Positions 42,868 through 55,216 of a stretch of 64,000 nucleotides of DNA are shown here, in pieces. Position numbers and translations under genes: made by a program. Each line of letters opens with the position of its first letter. Position 1 is the first letter of the stretch. The notes below the pieces were generated by a model, which did no database searches, was not told the DNA's origin, and saw only the letters and a list, made by a program, of their open reading frames with translations. Source of the DNA: an uncultured delta proteobacterium (GTDB lineage: Bacteria > Desulfobacterota > Zymogenia > Zymogenales > Zymogenaceae). The stretch is taken from the NCBI GenBank assembly GCA_963735595.1, contig CAVTLK010000002.1, positions 320,001 to 384,000 of the forward strand. Reading direction: 5' to 3'.

Positions 42868-43508
42868 CAGACAAAAAGATCAGAATCCTTATTGCCGACG
42901 ATCACCCCATTGTCCGTGCAGGTTTCAAGCAGGTTCTTTCAGAAACGCCTGATCTCGTTGTCGAGGACGAAGCGGGAAACGGGCAGGAAGTCCTCGCGTG
43001 TATTAAAAAGAAACAATACGATGTCGTCCTGTTGGATATTTCAATGCCCGGGAAGAACGGCCTGGAAATCCTGCGGGAGTTGAAAGTCGACTATCCGAAG
43101 CTCCCCGTTCTTATTCTCAGCATTTACCCCGAAGAGCAATACGCCATCCGGGCGTTGCGGGCGGGAGCAGCCGGCTATCTGACAAAGGCAAGCGCGCCCC
43201 ATGAATTGATTTCGGCGATTCGGAAGATTTCCGCAGGCGCACGCTACATCAGCGCGTCCCTCGGCGAAAAGCTGGCCGACTATCTGGACACCGACATGAC
43301 GAAACTACCCCACGAAACCCTGTCCGATCGCGAGCATCAAGTCATGCAGCTTATAGCATCCGGAAAGACCGTTTCGGAAATCGCCGAGATTCTGCATCTG
43401 AGCGTCAAAACCATCAGCACCTACCGCTCCCACATTCTGGAAAAGATGAAGATGAAAAGCAATGCCGAAATTATCCTGTACGCAGTACAGAACGAACTCG
43501 TCGGGTAG
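42864..43508 (+). CDS. NarL/LuxR-family response regulator
   Basis: IADDHPIVR, LLDISMP, LSDREHQV..IAE.L.LS.KTISTYR. Confidence 0.95.
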   Translation: MTDKKIRILIADDHPIVRAGFKQVLSETPDLVVEDEAGNGQEVLACIKKKQYDVVLLDISMPGKNGLEILRELKVDYPKLPVLILSIYPEEQYAIRALRAGAAGYLTKASAPHELISAIRKISAGARYISASLGEKLADYLDTDMTKLPHETLSDREHQVMQLIASGKTVSEIAEILHLSVKTISTYRSHILEKMKMKSNAEIILYAVQNELVG

Positions 43509-43590
43509 CCGCCGCATATCCCTTCATCACCGCCGGGAGTGACGCAGGGGCTTCTCCATCCTGAAGACGTATTTTCGGCAATTGCACCCC

Positions 43591-44265
43591 TCATGCAGCC
43601 CATTCAACAGCCGCATCCGCACTGAGACGCGGGCCGGTAATGTCCTGAACCTCCTGTACCGTCCAGCCTGGAGCCATTTCCCGAAGGTGCAATCCGTTTT
43701 TCGTAATATCGATAACCGCGACGTCGGTCACCACCATCGATACGCACCGCCGGGCGGTGATCGGGTAGGTACAGTCGGTCACAAGCTTCGGTTCTCCCTG
43801 CGGGGTCGTATGCTTCATCATGACAATGACCTTTTTGGCGCCGGAGGCGAGATCCATCGCCCCGCCATAGCTTCCAACCTTCCTGCCGAGGACCTTCCAG
43901 TTAGCCAGATCTCCTTTCTCAGAGACCTGGAACCCGCCGAGCACCGTAACGTCAAGATGTCCCCCCCGGATCATGGCGAATGCCTCGGCGCTGTCGAAAA
44001 ATGATGCGCCCGGAATCACCGTAACGTTTTCGTCCCCTGCGTTGCCGAGGTCCTTATCTTCCATTCCCGCAGCAGCATGGGGGCCGACCCCCAGCACCCC
44101 GTTTTCGGAATGGATAAGTACGTGAACGCCGGGAGGGATATACGATGCAACCATCATGGGCATCCCGATGCCGAGATTAACGCAAAATCCATCTTTGAGT
44201 TCCCGCGCCACGCGCCTGGCCATCTGCTCTTCTGATATTCTTTCCTTCATGGTTCTTAGTTGCAC
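43591..44265 (-). CDS. 3-oxoacid CoA-transferase subunit B
   Basis: VNLGIGMP, HSENG (catalytic Glu), GDLANW, GGAMDL. Confidence 0.92.
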   Translation of the reverse strand: MQLRTMKERISEEQMARRVARELKDGFCVNLGIGMPMMVASYIPPGVHVLIHSENGVLGVGPHAAAGMEDKDLGNAGDENVTVIPGASFFDSAEAFAMIRGGHLDVTVLGGFQVSEKGDLANWKVLGRKVGSYGGAMDLASGAKKVIVMMKHTTPQGEPKLVTDCTYPITARRCVSMVVTDVAVIDITKNGLHLREMAPGWTVQEVQDITGPRLSADAAVEWAA

Positions 44266-45224
44266 CTCCCGTTTCGAACGTACACGATACGATCTACAAA
44301 CAAAGATGGAGTCATGACCTGATCCGGGTCAAGGGCGTCCGGTTCGATAAGGTTTTCAGCTTCCACTACGGTCGTCTTTGCCGCCATGGCCATTATCGGG
44401 TTGAAATTGCGCGCCGATTTCCTGTATACGAGGTTTCCCAGTGTATCGGAGGTATGGGCCTTGATCAGCGCGAAATCCGCCTTGAGCGAATATTCGAGCA
44501 GCATTTCACGGCCGTCAATGACGCGTGTTTCCCTTTCTTCAGAGGCTTCCGTGCCGACCCCCGTAGGAGTATAAAACGCGCCGATGCCGGCGCCGCCCGC
44601 CCGGATTCGTTCCGCGAGGGTTCCCTGGGGCACGAGATCGACGTCGACCTGGCCTTCCATTGCCGCACGCTCAAGCACGCTTACTTTTTTGGGCGACCCG
44701 AACACGGCAAAACAGGTGATAACCTTTTTGACCATCCCCGCCTGAATGAGAATATCCACGTCTATGGGGTTTTTCCATCCTCCGCTTGCGTCGTTTCGGA
44801 TGACGGTAAGGTCCTTCGGCCCCAGATCGCGCAGGGCCAGGAGAAGATTTGACGGTGTCCCCCTTGCTGTGAACCCTCCGACCATGATGGTTGCGCCGTC
44901 ACGTATCCCGGCCACCGCTTCTTTGCACGTCGCGTATAATTTTTTTCCGTTGCCTTGCGCCCTTTCCCTCTCAACGCGTAACCGGCTGTTTGAGACGGCG
45001 GCTCGGGCATCCCCCGTTTGCCTGCCGTCCGTGTTGCTGAAAGCCCCCCATGGATTGACATTCGGATCATCTTTACAGGTCGGGCAAAAATAGCGGGCGC
45101 TCAAATCTTCAGCACCGCCGCCCCATATCTCCAGCTTGCAGCAATCGCCGCATATCTCCGTTCGGCAGTTGTCACATTCCGTTTTTGCCTCTTTTTTTCC
45201 ACAGGCTGTACATTTTCGTTCCAT
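44256..45224 (-). CDS. 3-oxoacid CoA-transferase subunit A with an N-terminal Cys-rich (Zn-finger-like) extension
   Basis: MERKCTACG..CDNC..ICGDCC..CPTC, then DGATIMVGGF, PQGTLAERIRAGGAG, ARNFNP; AAGGAG RBS before ATG 45224. Confidence 0.85.
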   Translation of the reverse strand: MERKCTACGKKEAKTECDNCRTEICGDCCKLEIWGGGAEDLSARYFCPTCKDDPNVNPWGAFSNTDGRQTGDARAAVSNSRLRVERERAQGNGKKLYATCKEAVAGIRDGATIMVGGFTARGTPSNLLLALRDLGPKDLTVIRNDASGGWKNPIDVDILIQAGMVKKVITCFAVFGSPKKVSVLERAAMEGQVDVDLVPQGTLAERIRAGGAGIGAFYTPTGVGTEASEERETRVIDGREMLLEYSLKADFALIKAHTSDTLGNLVYRKSARNFNPIMAMAAKTTVVEAENLIEPDALDPDQVMTPSLFVDRIVYVRNGRCN

Positions 45225-45583
45225 TGCCCCACTCCTTGTTTGGTCGGTAGACGACACGATCTATCTCTATTCCCTATTCTTCTTTGTAGTGACACTCTAC
45301 TCTCAGACGCTTTTCCCGGCAATCAGTCCGGGTCTGATTTTTTAATGGGAAAAGGGATGGAATTGACTTCAGACAAAAGGCGGCTTTGCCATCGGTGTTT
45401 GTCTGATGGAAGCAGACTGGTTCCGTCAATATCAAAACGGCACGCACCTTTTTGCCCTGTCATCGAAGATTGATCAGAGTCAATTTGCACTGTGGGGACC
45501 TTTTGTAAGCAAGGTAATTCGGGCCTATCTATAAGTCGGCGTCAGTAAGGCTCAAAGGCATATACGCTGACGACAATAACCGT

Positions 45584-45759
45584 CTACCATCGGGAGGCCT
45601 CGGCATACTCCTCCCGAGTATCCTCGACAGGGTATTTCAAATACTGCTCGGCGCTCTTGATCGTCGAGTGACCAGGGAGTTGTTTCAGTTTCGCAGGGTT
45701 ATTCGTACTTCTGAGGAAGTTAACGGCAAACAATGGCGGAGCGTACGAGGATGGCCACA
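45584..45759 (-). mobile_element. Tyrosine recombinase/integrase C-terminal remnant
   Basis: Manual translation HPRTLRH-(frameshift)-FAVNFLRSTNNPAKLKQLPGHSTIKSAEQY, matching box II LRH.FA...L.GH..I..T..Y. Confidence 0.7.
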
Positions 45760-45774
45760 AGGCTCAATTTAGAG

Positions 45775-45829
45775 TTGACATTGATTCTATATTAGTATAA
45801 TATTATTATTTAGGAAACAATTCCGATTT
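45775..45829 (+). promoter_or_regulatory. AT-rich promoter/operator region of perR-katG
   Basis: TTGACA and TTGATT -35 hexamers with TAATAT/TATTAT 17 nt downstream; palindrome ATAATATTAT and GGAA-N4-TTCC as candidate Fur/PerR boxes. Confidence 0.55.
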
Positions 45830-45834
45830 AGGAT

Positions 45835-48523
<2,689 letters not shown>

Positions 48524-48624
48524 TCTCAACTGAGACGGCTATTACGCGTTGCGCCCAAATAGAGATCGGGCCGAGATCTGGAGACACACAATACTGTATC
48601 TCTTGTTAAGCCAATTGATATGCT

Positions 48625-48658
48625 CCTCCCTCGCTCTTAAAAGCGGGGGAGGTTTTTT
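48625..48658 (+). terminator. Intrinsic terminator after katG
   Basis: CCTCCCTCGCT...AGCGGGGGAGG followed by TTTTTT. Confidence 0.8.
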
Positions 48659-49018
48659 ATGCCCGTTTTGTGGATTGCTTTAGATTCATCACTATTCCGA
48701 GCATAGGCTTAAAACAAGATAACATAGATCGAACGGCAAAAGACACCAATAAGCGATAGTGTTTCCGGTACCGGCCTGTATATCGGGCCCCTGCCGCGCC
48801 GAGGCGTCCGTATGCGTCTGTGGGGATATCCGCCGCGATCTGACCTACGCCTACTTTTACCGCTCGAGAGTGCGGGTAGGATGCGGGGGGTGCCGGAAGT
48901 TTAGAGCGGGTTTCAGTCGATGCGATCCAGTATTTAACGGGAACAATAAAAAACGACAAAGAACGATTGACTAACAGGAAAGCGTATGATAACCTTTCCT
49001 CAAGATCTTTGTTTCATC

Positions 49019-49093
49019 GCGCCCGTAGCTCAGGGGATAGAGCACAGCGCTCCGGACGCTGGTGCGCAGGTTCGAGTCCTGCCGGGCGCACCA
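49019..49093 (+). tRNA. tRNA-Arg (anticodon CCG)
   Basis: GCGCCCG/CGGGCGC acceptor stem, TAGCTCAG D-arm, CAGCG-CTCCGGA-CGCTG anticodon arm, GGTTCGAGTCC T-arm, encoded CCA. Confidence 0.97.
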
Positions 49094-49123
49094 CTTGTTT
49101 CTGGATATTTGGCGGAGTAGCAC

Positions 49124-49414
49124 ATGAAGGTGCAGGCGTTCGTCGGCGGAAAGGAGATCAGCCTCAACGAATTCGTTGAGCTGTACGTCGGCAATGTCTT
49201 TGCCGGGGTGGCCAATTCCCTCAGGGGGATTAAAATTCCCCGTCGTCTTGAATTTACGGTTCAAAAAGGCGTCGTAGCTATCACGGCAGACGGCGCGCCC
49301 ATCGACCTTGCCGGCTTTGCCGCGCAGATCGTCAACGATACGGTTATGGCTACCCTCAAACACCTCAAGGGTTTTTCATCCGATGACCTTGTACGTATCG
49401 TGATCGAGCTATGA
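49124..49414 (+). CDS. Small hypothetical protein with an internal two-fold repeat
   Basis: GGAG RBS; halves VGGKEISLNEFV..SLRG and ADGAPIDLAGFA..HLKG. Confidence 0.65.
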   Translation: MKVQAFVGGKEISLNEFVELYVGNVFAGVANSLRGIKIPRRLEFTVQKGVVAITADGAPIDLAGFAAQIVNDTVMATLKHLKGFSSDDLVRIVIEL

Positions 49415-49427
49415 AGGAGACCTCCTG

Positions 49428-49625
49428 ATGATCGAGATCTATAAACTTCTCGGGATTATTCTGGTAATTACCGGAGCCGTCGATATGATTATACTTCCCC
49501 GAATAATAGCGAGGGCAAAGGGTGATGCGAACACCCCCCTTGTCACCGCCGCTATCTGGGTCATGGCGTTGGCTACGATGATTGCGGGGGGTCTGTGTTT
49601 CTTCGGTATATTCGGGACGTTTTAG
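49428..49625 (+). CDS. Small 2-TM membrane protein
   Basis: AAGGAG RBS, two hydrophobic helices. Confidence 0.6.
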   Translation: MIEIYKLLGIILVITGAVDMIILPRIIARAKGDANTPLVTAAIWVMALATMIAGGLCFFGIFGTF

Positions 49626-49638
49626 ACGGGGGCGAACC

Positions 49639-49899
49639 ATGGAGAACCACGATACCTACAACGATAACGACGAACAGGAAGAAACCCGGGATGCCGTATA
49701 TGGCGACGTTCCTTCAATGTCGTCACCCCATACCCGAATAGACGCGACCCAGATGAAACCAACGGGGACAGGGTGTCGAACGTTAGTTATTTTTATCCTG
49801 ATTATTTCTGTGGTGCTTGGCTTCATCTATTTGTATAAACAAAACCAGTCTCCCGAGCAGCCGATCCGCGAAAACACTCCTCCGGGGCAAACCAGATAG
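49639..49899 (+). CDS. Small single-TM protein with an acidic N-terminus
   Basis: ATG 49639; one hydrophobic segment LVIFILIISVVLGFIYLY. Confidence 0.55.
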   Translation: MENHDTYNDNDEQEETRDAVYGDVPSMSSPHTRIDATQMKPTGTGCRTLVIFILIISVVLGFIYLYKQNQSPEQPIRENTPPGQTR

Positions 49900-50022
49900 T
49901 AAATCCGATACGAATCAGATAGCGGAACTCCTCACGCAAGGATGGGGTGTCGCTGACTATCCTGCGGGCGGCGGCCGGCGTGACGGCGAGTGCTGCTTTC
50001 GTATCGTGCCATAGGCTCCCAT

Positions 50023-50052
50023 AAAAACCGAGGGGGGCTTGCGCCCCCCCTC
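50023..50052 (-). terminator. Intrinsic terminator after the lipoprotein gene
   Basis: GAGGGGGGC-TTGC-GCCCCCCCTC hairpin with an A-run on the + strand (U-tract on the -). Confidence 0.7.
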
Positions 50053-50056
50053 TCTA

Positions 50057-50413
50057 TTATCGCGTGTTCCCCCAGACGTACCAGTTGGGATAGACGTAAA
50101 CCCAGTACCCCGGCGGGATGTTATTGTAGCCGGCGTATGAAGTGCCGGTGTAGTATCCCCAGTCGTAGAAGTTGCCGTAGCTCGCCTGGTCCTGGGGAAC
50201 GTACAGCGTTATGAGAAGATTGTAGTACTTACCGTTGACGGATGCGGCGGTCATTTCGGGAGTCACGGTTACGCCGCCCCCGGGGTTTATTACGCCCGGC
50301 TGGCCGGGCCCCGTCTGGGCCTTACCGCCGAACAAACCCCTGACCGCGTCACAGCCCGACAAGGCGAGAGCCGACGCCAATACCAAACAGATAACGACCA
50401 ATAATTTCTTCAT
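50057..50413 (-). CDS. Lipoprotein with an aromatic-rich C-terminal domain
   Basis: AGGAGG RBS; MKKLLVVICLVLASALALSGC lipobox. Confidence 0.8.
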   Translation of the reverse strand: MKKLLVVICLVLASALALSGCDAVRGLFGGKAQTGPGQPGVINPGGGVTVTPEMTAASVNGKYYNLLITLYVPQDQASYGNFYDWGYYTGTSYAGYNNIPPGYWVYVYPNWYVWGNTR

Positions 50414-50652
50414 CCTGTGGCCTCCTGACCTTAAAAAAATAGACGGATAACTCCCGGCTTGCGCCGATATGCCCTGAGTTGGTACTCGCGCAATAGTGCG
50501 GCAATGGCGAGGACCGGGACATTCCGATACATTCGGAACGCAGTATACCACGTGCGCTGCAACTAAGTAAATACACGGTTGACTACCCAATTCCCGTGAT
50601 CTGCCTCACTATTTTGCACATGACTCGGTGATTCCGGGGATAACGCTTTTTC

Positions 50653-50681
50653 TTGAAATAGACGTTCCGATACGTTATAGT
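50653..50681 (+). promoter_or_regulatory. Sigma-70 promoter of the dtd operon
   Basis: TTGAAA-N17-TATAGT. Confidence 0.6.
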
Positions 50682-50710
50682 AAAATGATTGCTTTATTTA
50701 TTCGGAATCC

Positions 50711-51517
50711 ATGGGCATTATTACACTCTGCCATCCTGACGATCTGAAATCGTGCGGCGCATGCTGCGGCCTCTATAACTGGGTTGATCACTCCCGGGAA
50801 CGGATATCGAGGCTGATGCACGAGCGAACCGATACGTTCGTCTCGGGGATGCGCCGCGGGAGATCAATTAAGGACACCAAGGCGTTACTTCTTTCAGTAG
50901 ATACTCCCGACAAACTCTTCGGCCCCATATACAACTGCCCCTTTGTCGGCTTCGTTGATAATCAGCGGCGTCGGGTCGGGTGTATGATCCACCCGATCAA
51001 TAACGACGGGAGGGAGTTGAGGGACATATCGCTGTACGGCGCCGAGATCTGCAACGGGCACGAGTGCCCGAGTTTCTCGTACCTCACCGAGGCCGAAAAG
51101 CGTGCCGTAACCTGTGTGATAGACGATTGGTACCTCTATGGGCTGGTTATCTGCGATATTGATCTTGTTAAGGAGTTCTTCACGATACTCGCGAACACCC
51201 TCGGCGAAGAGGTACGGGCCGATCTGCTGGCTGACGGCAGGGTCAGAGAGGCGGCCCTGGCCTTTTTTTCCCTCAAGGAGTCCTGGCCGTTTTCCTCAAA
51301 GGAGAAGAGGTTCGGTAAATATTCCTTTTCCATCTCCGAATACCGGCTGGAAAGGCAACTCGGGGCCCGGCAGCTCTCGATCCCCCCGTCCCCCTATCAC
51401 AGGATATTCCTGAGCCTTGCGTCGGATTTTGCAACCCGGCACGAATTCGACGACGCCCACCGGATCGTTGAGGGATGCATGGATAATTTTCTATCGGCCT
51501 ACCGTGAGGCGTCATGA
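50711..51517 (+). CDS. Cys-rich hypothetical protein (possible Zn or Fe-S binding)
   Basis: [24 protein letters not shown]....C. Confidence 0.7.
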   Translation: MGIITLCHPDDLKSCGACCGLYNWVDHSRERISRLMHERTDTFVSGMRRGRSIKDTKALLLSVDTPDKLFGPIYNCPFVGFVDNQRRRVGCMIHPINNDGRELRDISLYGAEICNGHECPSFSYLTEAEKRAVTCVIDDWYLYGLVICDIDLVKEFFTILANTLGEEVRADLLADGRVREAALAFFSLKESWPFSSKEKRFGKYSFSISEYRLERQLGARQLSIPPSPYHRIFLSLASDFATRHEFDDAHRIVEGCMDNFLSAYREAS

Positions 51518-51963
51518 GGGCCGTGATCCAGCGGGTAAGCCGGTCCACGGTCACCGTTGACGGGAAGACCGCAGGCCACATCGATCGGGGGATCCTGGTT
51601 TTCCTCGGCGTGGAGAAAGGCGATTGTGAATCAGACGCCCGATATCTGGTGGAAAAGATCGTAAACCTGAGGATTTTCGAGGACGATAATGGTAAGATGA
51701 ACCGCCACCTTTCTGACGTTGGCGGCTCCCTCCTGGTCGTGTCCCAGTTTACCCTGTTGGGCGACGTCCGCAAGGGGAGGCGTCCTTCCTTTGTGGACGC
51801 CGAAGAGCCCGAAAGGGCAGAGCAGCTTTACGAGCTTTTCATGACCCTGGCAAAAGAGGGAGGGGTACACGTTTCGGGGGGCGTCTTTCAGGCGATGATG
51901 GAGGTCTTGCTGGTCAACGACGGTCCCGTAACCTTCATTATCGACAGTAAGAAGAGGTTTTGA
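51514..51963 (+). CDS. dtd: D-aminoacyl-tRNA deacylase
   Basis: [36 protein letters not shown]. Confidence 0.97.
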   Translation: MRAVIQRVSRSTVTVDGKTAGHIDRGILVFLGVEKGDCESDARYLVEKIVNLRIFEDDNGKMNRHLSDVGGSLLVVSQFTLLGDVRKGRRPSFVDAEEPERAEQLYELFMTLAKEGGVHVSGGVFQAMMEVLLVNDGPVTFIIDSKKRF

Positions 51964-51967
51964 CCGA

Positions 51968-52447
51968 ATGCCGGCTCGCGAGATGGTCCAGGACTACGTC
52001 ATCCGAATCGATCGGGAAGGCTACTGGTTTTATAACGGAAGTCAGATCATCCATCCCAACGTCCTGAAGGTGTTCAACGACGGTCTCTTCCTTGGTGAAG
52101 ATAACAACCACTACCTGAGGGTAGAAGACGATATTGCGTATATCGAAGTCGAGGACACCCCGTTTGTCGTGCGGAGGGTAGGACCGATCGAACGCGAGAG
52201 AGAGCTCGCCGGCTTTACGATCGGGCTTTCCGACGGGACCGAGGAAACGCTCGACCTCGGTTCCCTGGAAATAAATCGGAACAATATTCCCTACTGCACG
52301 GTAAGAAAGGGCATGAGGGCCCGCTTCACCTCACAGGCGTATTATATGCTGGCCGAGTATATCGAGTATGACGAGAGATACGATTCATATTTCGTCCGCT
52401 CGGGCGGCACGGTCCACACCATCATCTACCAGGGGCAAAGCCAATGA
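51968..52447 (+). CDS. DUF1285-like protein
   Basis: IDREGYWFYNGS.I, IEVEDTPFVV, YC.VR..ARF. Confidence 0.7.
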   Translation: MPAREMVQDYVIRIDREGYWFYNGSQIIHPNVLKVFNDGLFLGEDNNHYLRVEDDIAYIEVEDTPFVVRRVGPIERERELAGFTIGLSDGTEETLDLGSLEINRNNIPYCTVRKGMRARFTSQAYYMLAEYIEYDERYDSYFVRSGGTVHTIIYQGQSQ

Positions 52448-52647
52448 AGGGTGAGATACGATACCTGCTCGGAAGGGAAGTCGAAGTGGTGGCACACGGT
52501 ATTATCTATCGGGGCCGTCTCATCGAAGTGGGGATCGAAGAGGTGTACCTCAAGGGTGATACGGGTTGGATCACGCTCATGACACCCGATATCGAAGATA
52601 TCAGGGAGAGCGGGGCGAAAAAACGGGACGAAACCATCGTCGATTGA
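52444..52647 (+). CDS. Small protein, possibly Sm/LSm-like beta fold
   Basis: LLGREVEV...YRGRL.EV...VYL pattern; ATGA overlap with the upstream gene. Confidence 0.55.
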   Translation: MKGEIRYLLGREVEVVAHGIIYRGRLIEVGIEEVYLKGDTGWITLMTPDIEDIRESGAKKRDETIVD

Positions 52648-52662
52648 GCGCAGGAGGCTCGT

Positions 52663-53913
52663 ATGGATTTCACTGCATCAATACTGCCGTTTATCGCGGC
52701 GTCGATCTGCCTGATCTTCTCGATACACTTTCTCATTATGACCCTCATCATGGAGGGAGACCGATCATTTTTCGGATTCTTCTTTCTTGCGCTGGTCCTG
52801 GCCGTCAACCAGTTCGCCACCGGTATGCAGGGGCATTTCTTCCCTATTGATGTCAATCAGTCGTTTTTCTGGTACCGGGTTCAGTTCGCGGCCCTTGGGC
52901 CCGTCATCTTCATGACAGTATACTTCTTCAACCTGCTTACCAACAGGCGGGTCAATGCCCCGATTACCTACGTTTTCCTTTCGATCGTTATCGGCCTTGC
53001 CGTTTTGGTGTTCCTCCCGATCTTCGGAAGGTTTACGGTGATCCCGCAGGATGTCTTTATCTTTATTCCCCATTTCGGCGCCCTGTTCGCCATAGTCCTG
53101 TTAGCGGGGGCCGCCCTATATCTGGTCTACGTTCTTATCGAATCGCTCGTGACCGGAAGCAGGAGGCCGAAGATTCGGTTTTCCGCCCTGTATATCGCCA
53201 GCGGCATCATTCTATTTGTTCTGGGCGTCCTTGAGATCCTGATGCAGACGGGCGTTATCCCTCCGACCTCCGTGAAGTATTCGTCGGTTGCCGCGATCGT
53301 CCTCGTAATGATCGGCGCGTCGGCCGTCTTTGTCCGATTTTACGAAATGAAGACCTCCCTCAGGCGTATCCTTATCAACCTGAGCGAAACCGAACGGAGG
53401 CTGGAGCATAAGGAGCGCCTGGCCATTACCGACGCCCTCACGGGCCTCTATAACCGCGGATTCTTCGACGAAAGCCTCGAGGAGGAAGTCAAGGATTCCA
53501 TACAGAACAACAGGTCCCTTTCCCTGATCATGTTAGATATCGATGAGTTCAAGTCAATCAACGACGTCTTCGGCCACACCATCGGGGACAGTGTGCTGGC
53601 CGAGATAGCGTCCGTTATCAAGCGCAACGCCAGGGCTAGCGACCTTCCGGCCCGGTACGGAGGCGAGGAATTTGCCGTTATCCTGCCCAACACCACTATC
53701 CGCGAGGCCAATGAAGTCAGCGAGCGTATCCGAAAGACGATCGAGGAAATCATCTTTGTCGTACAGGAAAGACCCGACAGCTCCGTGACAATCTCGGCGG
53801 GTGTTACAACCCTCAAGGGGACCGACCTGGCGATTGACCTGTTAGCCCGCGCCGATAAAGCGCTCCTTGCGGCAAAAGCGCGGGGCAAAAACAACGTGTA
53901 TGTAATCGGGTAG
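52663..53913 (+). CDS. Membrane-anchored (about 7 TM) diguanylate cyclase
   Basis: TDALTGLYNR, DIDEFK.IND..GH..GD, I-site RASD, active site RYGGEEF. Confidence 0.93.
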   Translation: MDFTASILPFIAASICLIFSIHFLIMTLIMEGDRSFFGFFFLALVLAVNQFATGMQGHFFPIDVNQSFFWYRVQFAALGPVIFMTVYFFNLLTNRRVNAPITYVFLSIVIGLAVLVFLPIFGRFTVIPQDVFIFIPHFGALFAIVLLAGAALYLVYVLIESLVTGSRRPKIRFSALYIASGIILFVLGVLEILMQTGVIPPTSVKYSSVAAIVLVMIGASAVFVRFYEMKTSLRRILINLSETERRLEHKERLAITDALTGLYNRGFFDESLEEEVKDSIQNNRSLSLIMLDIDEFKSINDVFGHTIGDSVLAEIASVIKRNARASDLPARYGGEEFAVILPNTTIREANEVSERIRKTIEEIIFVVQERPDSSVTISAGVTTLKGTDLAIDLLARADKALLAAKARGKNNVYVIG

Positions 53914-53915
53914 GT

Positions 53916-54482
53916 GTGCCGGTGCCCCGTATGGCCGCGTCAGAACAGCGATCCCTCGACTTGCTGGCCAATGAGGTCCAAGCCATCGTCGGCGACGAGG
54001 CCTCCCACGGCATGCGCCACGCCGTGAATACAATGGACCTTGCCGGGAAGATCGGCCGGGTAGAGGGCGGAGATCTCTTCGTCATCCAGGCCGCGGCCCT
54101 TTTGCATGATATCGGTCGGGTGAATATCTTTTCCGATCCTTCCCACGGCCGGCGGGGAGCGGTACTGGCCCGGGAGATCCTCAACAGACTGGATATCCAC
54201 TCGGATCGCGCGCTCATCTGCCTGATCATCGCGCGGCACGACGACTGCGAGGACGACCCGGACGCACCCATTGAACTTCGCGTCGTAAAAGACGCCGATC
54301 GGCTGGAACTGCTGCGCATCGCCCCGGATTATCTCCGACTCGACCGGCTGGCGACGCTCGAGGCGCTGCGACAGGTGCCCTATGTCTTATCGCTCCACTA
54401 CCCGGGCGGGGTAAAGACGCCCGACGTTGCCGCGACGATTGAGCGGGCGCGGAAAATACTGAAGGACCGCCGTGCGCCATAG
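53916..54482 (+). CDS. HD-domain phosphohydrolase
   Basis: SHG..H, AALLHDIGR, H, DADRLE. Confidence 0.85.
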   Translation: MPVPRMAASEQRSLDLLANEVQAIVGDEASHGMRHAVNTMDLAGKIGRVEGGDLFVIQAAALLHDIGRVNIFSDPSHGRRGAVLAREILNRLDIHSDRALICLIIARHDDCEDDPDAPIELRVVKDADRLELLRIAPDYLRLDRLATLEALRQVPYVLSLHYPGGVKTPDVAATIERARKILKDRRAP

Positions 54483-54626
54483 GACGGGCAACGACCGCCC
54501 TGCGGGAGCACTACCAAATAATAGTGAGTATCGCGGTTTCGCACATGCCGGCATCATCTTAAACTAAGGCCGAGCGGATCGGCGTGTCCCGATACACGGC
54601 CTTATAATTTTCTGTGGAGCGCTTGT

Positions 54627-55040
54627 ATGTCACAACAGGGTGGAATAGAGTTTCGGGTAGATTTTTCCGGCAGGTGGTTCGGTCCCGACGGTAAAGAAGT
54701 CACCGATGCCTCTCTCTATTATCTGACGCATAACCTCAGGTTTGACGATTCAGGTTATTTTATCGCCATGAGTTTTGGACCGGCCAAGGTCATCGTGGAG
54801 GATGTGCCGTTTGTGATCACCGGTGTTGCCCGGGACCCCGACGATGAGCACTCCCTGATACTAACGGTCATGGATGGGACGACCGACAAGCTCCTTCCGG
54901 AGACCCTCTCCATTAAAGGTGAGCATTTCTATTGCATGGTGAGGAGCGGGAGGATCCCCGCGCGGTTCTTGCCCGAGGCCAGACAGGAGATCGAAAAATA
55001 CGTGGACCGGCAAGGGCAGGACTTGTACCTTACGATATAG
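54627..55040 (+). CDS. Second DUF1285-like protein
   Basis: VDFSGRWF, VIVEDVPFVI, FYCMVR..IPARF; resembles 51968..52447. Confidence 0.65.
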   Translation: MSQQGGIEFRVDFSGRWFGPDGKEVTDASLYYLTHNLRFDDSGYFIAMSFGPAKVIVEDVPFVITGVARDPDDEHSLILTVMDGTTDKLLPETLSIKGEHFYCMVRSGRIPARFLPEARQEIEKYVDRQGQDLYLTI

Positions 55041-55216
55041 CAGGCGGTCTTTCCCGATACAACGGGATACCCGTCTTGCCCATGACCCTGCGTGGAGAAA
55101 GCGGATTATCGGAGATTATTCCATTATCCCGTGGCACCGTAACCGCTTCAAAGAAACGCCCGGCCGCATCTAAGGGCCCACCGGCATCTCCACCGGCAGG
55201 GCTGCCGGCCGGGAGG

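Noticed and set aside
37883..45224. Lysine fermentation pathway (Kce plus CoA-transferase)
   Set aside because: kamA, kamDE, kdd and kal are absent, and the BKACE sits inside a sugar-modification operon.
49019..49093. tRNA-Arg as an attachment site with a direct repeat
   Set aside because: I found no duplicate of the tRNA 3' end in the window, and the island-like DNA lies 5' of the tRNA.
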